Origin: Rhynchobatus australiae
Taxonomy: Eukaryota
Reading direction: 5' to 3'
Assembly (NCBI GenBank): GCA_034780895.1
Contig: JAUZTB010000073.1
Coordinates: forward strand, 18,296,314-18,359,844
Length of the DNA: 63,531 bases
Shown here: one piece after another, positions 24,611 to 36,589 of the stretch
How the letters are laid out: every line of letters begins with the position of its first letter
Numbering within the stretch: the first letter of the stretch is position 1
Notes under the pieces: generated by a model
Seen by the model: the letters and a program-made list of their open reading frames with translations, nothing else
What the model was told of the DNA's origin: nothing
Databases searched by the model: none
Made by a program: the position numbers and the translations under genes

Positions 24611-27149
24611 ATATAATTGCAAGTTCTGCTGCCTTTTTCCCTTTATCAGGGCCACTTTAGATGTTCGAAGGGGTACTCTTTATGGAAAAGTGCTTTTGGT
24701 TTGGGAGAAAGACAGGAGCTGGCACCAATGATATTACAATAACATGGCGACAGATTTCAACCGCCTTTGTGCTTGAAACAAAACATTGTTAGTTCAGCAA
24801 ACATCCCTTAATATCCAACAAAGCTGCATCCTTTGAAAAGATTATTATGGAGGAAGCAGTTATAATTTTATAACTGGTTGAAATATAAACTATATAGGGA
24901 AAATAAGATGTTAAAGAGTGGAAGATTTAACTGTGCTAGAAACAGGATTGGCCAGCTGTTAAAACCTACAAGAAGGTGTGGAAATATGGCTGCATCAACT
25001 GAGTTCATTTTAAATCTAATCGCTTGACATGAGATTTATCTTTTGAATCAAAAACTCTTCGATCAGAATTGTTCGCAAAAATAGGATCTTAAATAGGATT
25101 TGGCACTGGTTCCCCAAACAGAGAAACAACTGAAATACAAATGCAGCTTTAAAATTTCATTTAATGAGCGGGCAGTAAAGTTCAGAGGTCACTTTGAACC
25201 GTAGGTGATCAGCATTTGCACTCAGCACCCCACTTCCTCCGGCTCGCAAAGGGCTGGAACCAGAGAAGTGGGAGGAGAGTTAACTAAGGTTAGGGAACAG
25301 TGCATAGCAGAGCGCCGTCTAATGCTTAGTCTAGTGGTTTATTTGCCAGGGTACATACTGACAAAACTGAAGTCATGTGAAGCAAGCTGACAAGTGAAAA
25401 GAAAAAGATATAAAATCATATAGAAAGAGAGAGCACAGACATCTCGATGCTGGCTGGCCAGGTATTATCTTTCATTTTAAATCAGCATTTAGCAGCTCTC
25501 CATCTCTCGTTCTCTCTCTCTTTTAATAGAGAATTTATCTTTGGCAGAGGGCCAGGCTGTGAATGTCAGATGCATGATGGTACTGGTCTTTGAGGCCCTG
25601 GTCTGATGGCTAAGTGCCACAATCAATTGCTAGTGAAATGAGTTGGCTGCCTGCCAATCTCAGGTTGCTATGCAGCCAGCTTGTCTTGCGCTCTTCGCTG
25701 TTAAATCACAGAAGGCAAGAGTTCGGTTCCAGACAACTTTTTTTTTCTCTCTTCAAATTTTTTTTTAACCCATTTCAGGCAGCGCTGGATCGAGTTATCA
25801 GAGTACAGGATCTAAGGCCACAGCCATGGAGTGGCTGCTTAAAATTAAATGCATGTGCTTGTATTGTGTATGTGAGAGCGAGAGTGACGTAATTTTCTTT
25901 AATATGAAGATTAATCTAACATGCAATGCTAAATGAGGTGAGGGAGACACAGTTGGGGGCCAGAGTGAGCTCAAAAATTGTTAGAAGGTGAACAGTTTTA
26001 TTCCTGAAATTTGAGCAGGCTCCCGTTTTCTGGAGAAGGGGTGGGAAGTTGGGGAAGAGAGAGGACATTTTTCTGTATTATTTGACTGTGAATGTTCCAG
26101 TATTTTGGAGGCTGGAATTGTTCTCTGGCAACACTCCTCCCTCAAATGTATTAACACAACACAGTGATACTCATTTTACCCCATCGCAAATAATGTGTGT
26201 GAAGTTTAATTGGATACCTAAACATGCTGTTGCCTTCTGTTAATCACGCTGTTGGATGTGCCATGGGATTTGGACTACAGCGATGGAATGTACAGAAAAT
26301 GTAAACAAAATCACCACATTACCAAAATCTAAAATGTTAGTTTCTCTGTATTCTCTTGCAAAAAAAAACCTACTAATTGAAGAATTGCTTATGCTGCACT
26401 GCCTGGTGTTTTGCTTGGCTGATGTTGCCTTCAGATGTGTCGCTGTCTTCAAACCATTGGCTAGACTGTAAGGGTATGAACAATTCATTGTTCCTGCCTG
26501 TTAAAATGTCCACCACTGCTGCATGAGAGCTGGTGGTTCTTCTGACATCTCAATTGCCTGGCAGCAGACCTGGGCACTGGAAGATTTGGTGAGAGACCTC
26601 CGGTGATAAAGTAATCAGATATGTGCAGAAGAGGGCTGGGTGGGGAGAGGGGAGTGTAGTATGTCCCCACACTGTACTCCAGTTTGAATCCCCCCCCCTC
26701 CCTTTGCCTAAGCAGTCCCTTATTTTGATTCACTTTCTCGTACTGTATGTGTGTATGTGTGTGTTTGTCTGTGCAATGCTGCAAATTAGGTTTTCAGTTT
26801 GAAAAATGATCCCGAGCTGCTTCCTTCCCAGTCAGCACATTTGAAGCTAGAGATTAATGTCCATGATTGGTGTAATGCTGCCGCAGTAATCCGTGAGCAG
26901 AATGCAAGATGGGATATGGGGGAAAGGCCAAGATTCATGCCTGTGCTCAAGAGTTTACAGAAGTCTCCATAGTAACATGCCTGGTTATTTTGTATGCATT
27001 TGTTCTGTATGAGGGCATTTTAAGAGTGTATATTCATTTAACCAGATATTTTATGCAGTATCTCTCTCTTTCTCATGAGAAATGCTCCCCAACATTTTTT
27101 TTAAATAATTGAGGTCGGCTCTGATGCACTTAGCATGCAAATTATTGTT

Positions 27150-27404
27150 TTTTTCTCTTTCCCTCCCTTTCATTGTCTCTTATTTTGTCACCTTTTCTCT
27201 CCACTTCTTCTCTCTATAGCTCCCTCTTACCTTATCTTTCATCTCTTCATTCCTTCTCATTTCTCCTTTACATTCTATCCCTCCCTCTCTTCCACACTCT
27301 GTCCTGCTCTCTCCCCTTTTCCTCTCTCTCAACACCTCTCCATTTTCTCTCTGTTGCTATCTGTCTCAGTCTCACTTCTATATCTCTGTCTCATTCTCTC
27401 TCTC
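27150..27404. repeat. Long polypyrimidine (CT-rich) tract running into an N gap
   Basis: About 250 nt strongly dominated by C/T. Confidence 0.85.
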
Positions 27405-28864
27405 NNNNNNNNNNNNNNNNNNNNNNNNNNNNNNNNNNNNNNNNNNNNNNNNNNNNNNNNNNNNNNNNNNNNNNNNNNNNNNNNNNNNNNNNNNNNNNNN
27501 NNNNNNNNNNNNNNNNNNNNNNNNNNNNNNNGATAGTGGCATCGCCCAACACCCCCACCTTAGGAAATGGTTTCGCCTGCCACCCCCACCTACCTGCACC
27601 TCAAAATGGTACCCCCCAACCCCACTGTAACTCTGCAATGGAACAGCCCACAGAAACAGACCGCAACCCCCCCCGCACCCAAACACTCCCCCACCCCCTT
27701 CCGTGCGTACACACATACAATAAAAATTAGTCGTTGACTTCGCAAGAGAGAGGGGGAAAAAGAGCTCCTTCAGGAACTGCCTTGTCCTTACTGGGTGAAG
27801 GTATGTTGGAACTCTGTGCCTCCAATCCAGCTGTTAACTCATAGGAAGAGGCCGCTTGTTAAACCCGAACGATAGAGGGAGAAAAAAATGGGATTATGAA
27901 AGGCGTTGTGGTGCTGTCGAGCTGCTTGTGAATACTCTCTCCTCCCTGTCATGGCTCTCTGCTTCTAAAACGCATGCCAAAAAAAAATCGAAAGGCTCAG
28001 TGTTGGCGATTTTACAAACAGATGTTGCCTCTTGATGCGCAGTTAAAGCAGAGACCAGAACAACAGTTCTGGGACTCTAGACGACTTTTTGGGGGGTGTT
28101 GCTTTTAGGGGTTGGGAGGTTCCAGTTGCGATAATTTTTGTTTTAATTTTTTTCTACAAGCTGTGGGTTCACCATAATCGCTTTATTTACTTATTTATTT
28201 TGGTAAAAAGAAGCCTTCTTTTTATCTGTTTGCATCGACCACGACTGGACAATCGCTGAATGAATCCTTGGCCCTTCTTCCAAAAAGACCCCAGCTTCTC
28301 ACCCCCCTCTGCGCAGCGTAAAACAATATTGGGAATGTTTGGACGTTCCTGGTGAGTTAAAGACAACAGTGCCTTGGACACAATGTGCCCAGGTCATTTT
28401 TTGAGGGGCTGGGGTTTATTTTTGTTTGTTTTGACTTGCGTTTTCGAACATTTTCCCGTTCCTGTTTCCCCTTCGCCATCGTATTATTAAACGGCAGTGG
28501 TTACTTTGAATGTAGTTCTCAAGTTATAAGGCTTGTGGAAAGCCTCCGGTTGAACGGATAAGTTATGGATGCAAAGCGGGACAACTGTTAATATCTTTAC
28601 AGTGCTAGAGTTACTTCATATTGTTCGTTCTGGCGGTGCAAACATCCACACACGGTTGTCTGTGTTCACCCTGTCTTTTCTATTGCTTTCCTGACCTGGG
28701 CCTCTTGACTCGAAAGTGTTAAAATTACTTGGCACCAGAACTGCATTTCAAAGCAGTTTTGTCCTCTCTTTGCATTCAAGATTCACAGGGTACCATCTGA
28801 TTTTGAAATTCAGATTGTTAGGCTTCACGTATTGTGCCAAGATCCACAATAAGCCCTTTGCGCG

Positions 28865-28887
28865 CTCTCTCTCTCTCTCTCTCTCTC
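28865..28887. repeat. (CT)n microsatellite
   Basis: Direct observation. Confidence 0.95.
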
Positions 28888-29612
28888 AGTTTCTCATTCG
28901 CGATCTCTACCTCTTTCTTTCTTTCCACCCCTTCATGCTTATTTAATGCTTAAGACCAACAAAAAGAGAAAAGTTTACTTACAATTGAATAGCCAAGTTT
29001 GTCTGCGTTGTGCGAGTGTGTGTATGAGTGTGTACGTGTGCGTGTGTGTGCATGTGCGTATGTTCTCCAGTCTTTGTGAGGCGGCAAGTCTTTTGCTCGC
29101 TCTCCCTGCTGACGGTTGTCCATTAACCAAGTGGTTCTGTCATTGAATTGGGTAAGAATGTGCAGTGCCTAGGCACTGCCTCACGTCTGCTTTCCTTGGC
29201 TGGGGCAACATTGGAATGGATGGGACCCACTCCTAAACTCACTTTCATTTGGCAATTCTTGCTTGTCCTTTGTTTTGCTATTTTTCTGTTGAAAAACCAA
29301 GGCAAACGTTCCCATTCTGATCCTCAGTCAAGCAGGAAAAAGAATCGCAATTGCCACTTTTTTTTAGATAAAAAGAAGAAACAGCTGGCTTATGCAGTCA
29401 GTGAATTCAATTACAGGGGAAACCGATTCCATTTGCGTAGGATAAAAGTCTATTGGGTGACCTTCATGGATTACAGAATGGATTCCAGCACCCCTTCCCC
29501 CCTCCTTTGCTTGTGTCTCTGTTTCTCCTCCCTCTTCTGTAATATGGAATTACATTAGATTCTGCTCAGAGCACGCATGCTAGTGCATGTATGTGTGCGT
29601 GTGCGTGCATGC

Positions 29613-29616
<4 letters not shown>

Positions 29617-29662
<46 letters not shown>
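29617..29662. repeat. (GT)23 microsatellite inside a ~120-bp alternating purine-pyrimidine tract
   Basis: Direct observation. Confidence 0.95.
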
Positions 29663-29665
<3 letters not shown>

Positions 29666-30190
29666 CGCGCATGTGTGCATGCGCACACGTTGGCAGTACT
29701 ACCTCCAGGGTAGGCCTTCTTGTCATAAAAGGCAACGTGCCTTAAAATGAGGCAGGACGTATGCTGAACAAAGGGAAGTGGAATGGGATGGGTGGGTACA
29801 ATATGGTGATTGGAGGGGTGCAGGGGAAATTGGAGTGGGAAGGGCTAAGGTAAAGGTCTATTTCAATCCCTTCCATCCTCCCAAACAATTGCCCTGCGTT
29901 TAGATTTATGTGAAAATTTTATATTTTTGTTATTCTTTTCATCCTTCCAACGGAGAGCGAGGAGAAAGGTGAGGTGAATGTCTCCGCATTTAAACAGAAC
30001 GTTTTCCGTGCACCGCTTCGCTATCGGAAGTGGGGTGGGGTAGTCTGCTACCAGAATCCGACTGGACATTTCGGATCCCTTTCGGAATCTTGCCTTGAAT
30101 TCTGTTTATGAGACTTAATGCCGTAAGTCTCAAGTAAAATTAATCCAAGACCTTTAGTTTTTGGGAATAAGAATGAAGCTGGGGGTGAGG

Positions 30191-30229
<39 letters not shown>
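30191..30229. repeat. (GA)n microsatellite
   Basis: Direct observation. Confidence 0.95.
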
Positions 30230-30233
<4 letters not shown>

Positions 30234-31126
30234 AAAACAGCAAGACAAAGACTGTGTCCAAGCTTGGCATGCAGAAGGAGGCTGGGTCGCCAGCCAAGGA
30301 GCCTGCTATGGTACAAAACAAACCTTCCAGAATTCTCCCAATCACAGTTATACTCAGATGAGGACATATTTTTCACTCAATTCTGTGTCTTTATCTCTAA
30401 GATTTTACTAATTTTAATGAAGAAACTTTATCTTATGTACATATAGACACACANNNNNNNNNNCACCCATTTAACATTCGATCTGGAAGATTGGAGGATA
30501 AAGTTATTTTAGTTTTAATTTTGACGTCTTAGAAATCATGAAGCGTCGTCGCATTTAATTCTACCGAGTTACTGATTCTGGCAGTTAAAGCAGTGAATTA
30601 TTCGCTTTAAGCCTTTACAAACTTTTTATTTCTTTTTTTTGTTGCTTATACTTCAGGACCTCAAACTCCAGAGGTTTCGGCCTAGCGAAATACAATGCAG
30701 TCTCCTGAGGTATCGTCGCCTTATTGCCAGGAGTTGAAGCTGGGAACCAACAGACGACCCTGCGTAGATACAAGAGCAGCCAGATTTCAATGTTGGTGTT
30801 TTGGTTTAATATTATTTTTATAGTTAATATTGAAAACATTTTTTGTCCTCTTTTGGTCTGATTTGATTTGAGATATATAGTGATGTATCTAAATTTAAAA
30901 TTGCAATAAGTGAAAAGAAAACTCTAGATTAGGACATGTTTACCTCAACACTATGTTTTTACTTTGGTTTCTGAACTCTGTTGTTCTTTGTTGAAGAGGG
31001 AGGAAAGAATGGTTAGAGAAAGGAAATGGAAGGGAGGAAGATTAATAGCTTTAGTGATATAGGGGAGAAGATAAGTGGTCGGCAAAGAGAAAGAAGAGAA
31101 GCCAGAAAGAATGGAGATTGCAGAGC

Positions 31127-31206
31127 CAGCTGCCACTAACCCGTAGATCCGAACTTGTGTTTCAAGTATCTCACAAGCTCGTGTCTATAGGTCTGTGTCT
31201 ACATGG
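31127..31206 (+). ncRNA. mir-100: pre-miR-100 hairpin (miR-10/99/100 family); 5p 31138-31159, 3p ~31174-31195
   Basis: AACCCGTAGATCCGAACTTGTG is an exact match to mature miR-100-5p. The complementary arm CAAGCTCGTGTCTATAGGTCTG follows a short loop. Flanks TGCCAC...TGTGTCT resemble human pre-mir-100. Confidence 0.97.
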
Positions 31207-32209
31207 TAAAGAACCAACCAGCCATGGATGTGTGTCATTTCCCAGTGGCAATTCTCAATGTGAGATACTGTAACAGTGTTTGCCTGCAGGGGGTCCCAGG
31301 GTAGGCACTGGTGGCTACTATTTGTTGTCCAAGACCATATTTTGTATGTTGGTGTATAAAAACAGGGTGGCAACAACTTGTCTTGATGATAACCAGTAAG
31401 ATAGAATGACATTATATTTGACAGGTCATTTTGCCTAACCAATTTTGTGCTCTAGACAAAACTCCTCAAATCTGAAGCTAGTTGGGNNNNNNNNNNNNNN
31501 NNNNNNNNNNNNNNNNNNNNNNNNNNNNNNNNNNNNNNNNNNNNNNNNNNNNNNNNNNNNNNNNNNNNNNNNNNNNNNNNNNNNNNNNNNNNNNNNNNNN
31601 NNNNNNNNNNNNNNNNNNNNNNNNNNNNNNNNNNNNNNNNNNNNNNNNNNNNNNNNNNNNNNNNNNNNNNNNNNNNNNNNNNNNNNNNNNNNNNNNNNNN
31701 NNNNNNNNNNNNNNNNNNNNNNNNNNNNNNNNNNNNNNNNNNNNNNNNNNNNNNNNNNNNNNNNNNNNNNNNNNNNNNNNNNNNNNNNNNNNNNNNNNNN
31801 NNNNNNNNNNNNNNNNNNNNNNNNNNNNNNNNNNNNNNNNNNNNNNNNNNNNNNNNNNNNNNNNNNNNNNNNNNNNNNNNNNNNNNNNNNNNNNNNNNNN
31901 NNNNNNNNNNNNNNNNNNNNNNNNNNNNNNNNNNNNNNNNNNNNNNNNNNNNNNNNNNNNNNNNNNNNNNNNNNNNNNNNNNNNNNNNNNNNNNNNNNNN
32001 NNNNNNNNNNNNNNNNNNNNNNNNNNNNNNNNNNNNNNNNNNNNNNNNNNNNNNNNNNNNNNNNNNNNNNNNNNNNNNNNNNNNNNNNNNNNNNNNNNNN
32101 NNNNNNNNNNNNNNNTGTGTATGTTTGTATGTGTGTATCTATTTGTTCATTTGGTATGTGTGTGTTCAAGGCTTTATCTGTGTGTTAGTGAGGCGAGTGC
32201 TTTGATAAG

Positions 32210-32210
<1 letters not shown>

Positions 32211-32248
<38 letters not shown>
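32211..32248. repeat. (TG)19 microsatellite
   Basis: Direct observation. Confidence 0.95.
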
Positions 32249-32252
<4 letters not shown>

Positions 32253-32428
32253 CGTGCGTATGTGTGTCTGTAACAATGTCCTGTATAGGGTAAGTTCAGA
32301 CTTTGGACCAATGCAAACTTTCCCTGACACCACCCTGAGTCATCCCTGACCTCTTCTCGCAACAATTTTCTACTCAACCCAACTTCTCTTTGAGCCTCTG
32401 ATGCAGGGGTCGATGGGGCCAAGCACCG

Positions 32429-32520
32429 TGTGCACCCAGGCTGAGGTAGTAGGTTGTATAGTTTAGAATTATACCAAGGGAGATAACTGTACAACCTCCT
32501 AGCTTTCCTTGGGGCATGCA
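32429..32520 (+). ncRNA. let-7a: pre-let-7a hairpin, let-7a-2 type; 5p 32442-32463, 3p ~32487-32508
   Basis: TGAGGTAGTAGGTTGTATAGTT is an exact match to let-7a-5p. Loop TAGAATTATACCAAGGGAGATAA and 3p CTGTACAACCTCCTAGCTTTCC fit the let-7a-2 subtype. Basal stem TGCACCCAGG pairs with CCTTGGGGCATGCA. Confidence 0.98.
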
Positions 32521-33154
32521 TACTACAGCAGCAGGAAAGCAAGGCACGGATAGTCGACCCAAAGAGAAAATAAAACATTATAACTCAGAAGATGGTAAGC
32601 CTTTTGATTTACTTTCATGGGTTGAAGCTCATCAATCTGGCTATAAGTATCTGCTGGAAAGATAATGGGCACAAACACATTTCTCAAACTTACATTTCTT
32701 ACAGAGAAAGGTTTTGATGTTTAAGATGATTGTGTTAACCTTTTGTCCCCTGCAGGTCTTTCTGTCCATTCATTCTTTTTCAAACAGAACTGTAGTTTAC
32801 TGGCATTCTGCTTTGTTCATTGCATGGTTTCAGTCCAACCAGTGATCCTGTAGATCAAGAAACCATCACTTTGCCACTCAGTCTCAAACTCAATTGGTGC
32901 TAAATTCTAAGCCATCAACAGAAGGCCATCAAGTGGATTCCATCTTTTTGGCAAAGGATATTGGGAATAATAACCAGAGTTACTCTATTGATTGCTATCC
33001 AATAATTCCATGGAAAATCCCGAGACATGACCTGTGTTGAGTATATAATATTGGAGAGGAACTAGTTGCCTTTGTATTAAATGTCCCCAAATCTCAGCAT
33101 CACTGGATGGTTTACCTCTGCCCCTGGCTGAATTTACTGTCAGCTCATAGATAG

Positions 33155-33550
33155 TATCACAGAATCTGAGAAATTGACACCTCAGAAAGAGGTCATTCAA
33201 CCCATTTTGTCTATGCTGGCTAAAAAGAGCTATCTAAACCATTTTAACCTGTATTTCTGGTAGATTAAATAACAGCAGGTGCTTTTTGACTATAATGAGG
33301 GCTTCTGCCTCAACCACCCTTTATCTTAAAGTTCTGGACCCCCATCACTTTTGAGACGGGAAATATTTTCCTGAGCATCACCTTCCTGTCAATTACATTT
33401 AATCCATGTCCCCTAATTATCTCAGTAGAGGCAAATCAGTACTTCCTGTTCACCCTGTGCAGCACCCTAACAATTTTATACACCTCACAAGCCTCCTCTG
33501 TTCCAGTGAAGATGATCCAAGCCTAGCTAATCTCTCCTCATAACTGGAAT
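33155..33550 (-). mobile_element. Old CR1 LINE 3' fragment
   Basis: ATCACAGAATC...GAGGTCATTCAACCCAT tail plus CCTCCTCTGTTCCAGTGAAGA...CTAATCTCTCCTCATAAC. Confidence 0.6.
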
Positions 33551-33552
33551 TC

Positions 33553-34045
33553 ATGTTTCAAGTTTATTGTCAAACGCATACATACACAGGGTGTAAGTGC
33601 CATGAAAATTTGCTTTTTGCAGCAACAGCAGCACAGTATTTTACAAATGTGACAAACATAGATTACATAAACTTAAATTAACATAAGATGTGCATAACTT
33701 ACACAACAAACTAAACAAAAATAGACATAGCGATGTTAGTGCAAGTTGAGTGAAATATAGTCCAAGGTAGAATTAGGATTTTTCAGGTTGGTTCAAGAAC
33801 TTGATGGCAGTGGGGAAGAAGCTGTTGTTAAACCTTGAGGTTTTGGGCTTCTGTACCTCCAGCCTGGTGGCAGCATCGATACGAGGGCATGGTCTAGATG
33901 GCGGGGTCCCTGATGATGGATGTTGCCTTTCTGAGACATTGCCTCTTGTAGATGTCCTCAATGGTGAGGAGAGCTATACCCATGATGGAACAGGCTGAGT
34001 CCACCAATCTCTGTAGCCTCTTGTGTTCCAGTGCATTGGAGTTCT
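33553..34045 (-). mobile_element. Rex1/Babar LINE 3' fragment
   Basis: ORF 33773..33961 KTSRFNNSFFPTAIKFLN is a Rex1 C-terminus. Confidence 0.8.
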
Positions 34046-34594
34046 TTGGTAAAATATTTTTTATGCCTTTTTTCCATGAAAACAGATAAAAAATATTAAT
34101 TCCCTTGATGCGCCAAGTAAGTTTATGTTGGACTTCACAGTCCAGTTACAAAACAAACCCATGACACTGCACTGCTGACAGTTACGTGNNNNNNNNNNNN
34201 NNNNNNNNNNNNNNNNNNNNNNNNNNNNNNNNNNNNNNNNNNNNNNNNNNNNNNNNNNNNNNNNNNNNNNNNNNNNNNNNNNNNNNNNTTACGAGCATGA
34301 CAAACATAAAATAACATAAACTTGAATTAACATAAATTATACATAACTTGCACACCTGGTCAATTTTGGTATCATCCGTGTAAATATATCTGACAGAAAT
34401 AGATTGATTGATTTATTTCATTATCATTGTATCAAGCAACCAACAGGATAGATGTAGCGGTTTCTCAACAAACAATCCTGGCATTGTCCCTTGGTTGTGT
34501 TGGAGTGGAGCTGTGGATAGAATTAGATTGAGCCACACCCATGTCCCATGTACATCCCAGGAGATGAGGAACTGTAGGGTTTCTGGCATTATGA

Positions 34595-34900
34595 ATCACA
34601 GCAGCAACAACTTATATTTACATAGTGCCTTCACAGTAAGTAAAACAACCCAGGATTAACATAGCATTATCAAAGAGAATGTGCTGTAAGGTGGGTGAGA
34701 GGTAGGTTTAAACCATGATTTAATGGAAGGCACCAAGGTGGAGAGACAGAGAGGGTTAAGAAAGGAGTTCTAAAGTTTAGCACCTGGGCAGCTGATGACT
34801 TAACCATGAGTCAGCAAAATGAAAGAATTCAGGGGTGTGCAAGAGGTCAGAATTGGAGCAGTATAATATTCTTGGAAGGTTAGAGGACGTTACAGTGTGC
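34595..34900 (-). mobile_element. L2-clade LINE 3' end
   Basis: Starts with CAACAACTTATATTTACATAGTGCCTT, the reverse of the L2/SINE shared tail. Confidence 0.55.
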
Positions 34901-35104
34901 TCTGGTGGGAGAATTGGGTAGGAGTCAGGCTGGGGGGAGGTTGTGATTGGAGGAAAATTGGCTCCTCTGTGTTTGTTAAAGGTTCGGAAGTGAAATCCTG
35001 TTATTCAGTTTTCCTCCCTACTTAGCAGATGAAGTGAAACATATTTCAAACTGGTGTTCAAGGAACGGATAATGATGCAACACCTGTCATTCTGAGATTT
35101 TGTG

Positions 35105-35345
35105 TTCAAAAATAAAAAAAAGAAAATTCTGGAAGCACACAGCAGATCAGTTCCTCTCTCCACNNNNNNNNNNNNNNNNNNNNNNNNNNNNNNNNNNNNN
35201 NNNNNNNNNNNNNNNNNNNNNNNNNNNNNNNNNNNNNNNNNNNNNNNNNNNNNNNNNNNNNNNAGTTCCTCTCTCCACAGATGCAGTCTGCCCTTCTGAG
35301 TATTTGCACCATTTTTTGATTTTATTTCAGATTTATTTTTGTTTT
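35105..35345. mobile_element. Penelope-derived short fold-back element spanning an N gap
   Basis: CTGGAAGCACACAGCAG arm and CTCTCTCCACAGATGC...CTGAGTATTTGCACCATTTT arm. Confidence 0.6.
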
Positions 35346-36589
35346 TCCACAAGGTAAATTTGAATTTCATCATGGTTGTTTTATAATTTGAATTAATTTT
35401 AAAAGACTTTTAGAATAAGTAGCTCGTGTTAGTAAAAGTGACTACAAAGCTATTGCATTGTTGTAAAAACCCAACTGATTCACTAGTTTTCTTCAAGAAA
35501 TGGAACCATTCATGGATAACAACATTGAGTCAACCCTTAGCTGCCTTGGCAGTAATTTTCAGTGAGTCCACAGGCCATGGGCCTCTGGTTCCAATTGGCC
35601 TACGTATCATGCCCTCTGGCAGGTGAGCGTATGCTGATTGGATCCCACAGTCATTGAGGTTTGACTTTATGCACTCACCAGCCCAAGATTGGGTGAGATC
35701 CCTGGAGACCAAGTATATGTCATAAATTACCAGAAATTCAAGGTCAATCGAGTAAGGTTCCCAGGAAGAGCGCCCACTGGTCAGCTTGGATGCATTAGGC
35801 CAGATGGCCTGTTTCCATGCTGTACAATTCTGTGATTCTATAAATGATCCTCTGAAGTGGCAAGACACTCATTTAGACAATCATTGTCCAGTGTTACACG
35901 TATCCCAATAGTGAATAGAAATCTGATTGAATCTGTATTGATCAAAAAGTCCCAGTAAGTGAAGCTTTATGGATCTGCAACTGTTGAAATCTGCAGAAGG
36001 CNNNNNNNNNNNNNNNNNNNNNNNNNNNNNTCTGCATATAAACTTCAACGAACTCTTGTTAAAACAAAAGCACATAGTTAAATATTAAGTATCTACCATA
36101 CCACTGCATTAGAAATGGTGAGACTAATTGACCAACCTTGCTTAATGGGTGCAACCTGCTCCTTGCCCCTCCAAATTTAGTACATGCCAGGTTGGTAATA
36201 TTTGGCCCTATATAAGCTCTTCTCTTCTTTAGGTCAATGCATGGAAATAGAATGCATCTTCAGCCACAATTTAAATAATACACTTTTAAATGGATTTATT
36301 ACATTTTAATTGGAATTCCAGGTCCATAGTTTGCCCTCATTTGATGTCAAAAGTACTGTTGGTGTTGGTGACCTGAACACTCTGTTGCATTAGCATCCAG
36401 AGCAGGACATCAGGGAAGGCAAAATTCAGACTTCACCCAGACTGCAACATCCTCAAAATAAAATGACAGGAACATCCTTCTGAATTGAGGTTCTGGAGTG
36501 GGGGTAATCTGGATTGCCGAACAAGCCTGGTGCAATGGTTAGTGCATCAACCTAACAGAGATTTGTAGGTTATGGGTTCAATTCCTGGC

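Larger units (their letters stand above)
27530..30800. promoter_or_regulatory. CpG-enriched, transposon-free candidate promoter region upstream of miR-100
   Basis: CpG density is visibly higher than in the flanks. Contains CT/GT/GA microsatellites and a candidate first-exon donor TGG|GTAAGA at 29152. Confidence 0.5.

Noticed and set aside
29148-29558. 136-aa ORF with a hydrophobic segment as a micropeptide
   Set aside because: Starts at a non-ATG codon overlapping a probable splice donor, so likely intronic; no recognisable homology.
31435-32273. Long ORFs of 244-263 aa (similarly 51359-51902 and 59270-60223)
   Set aside because: Made of N runs and microsatellites.
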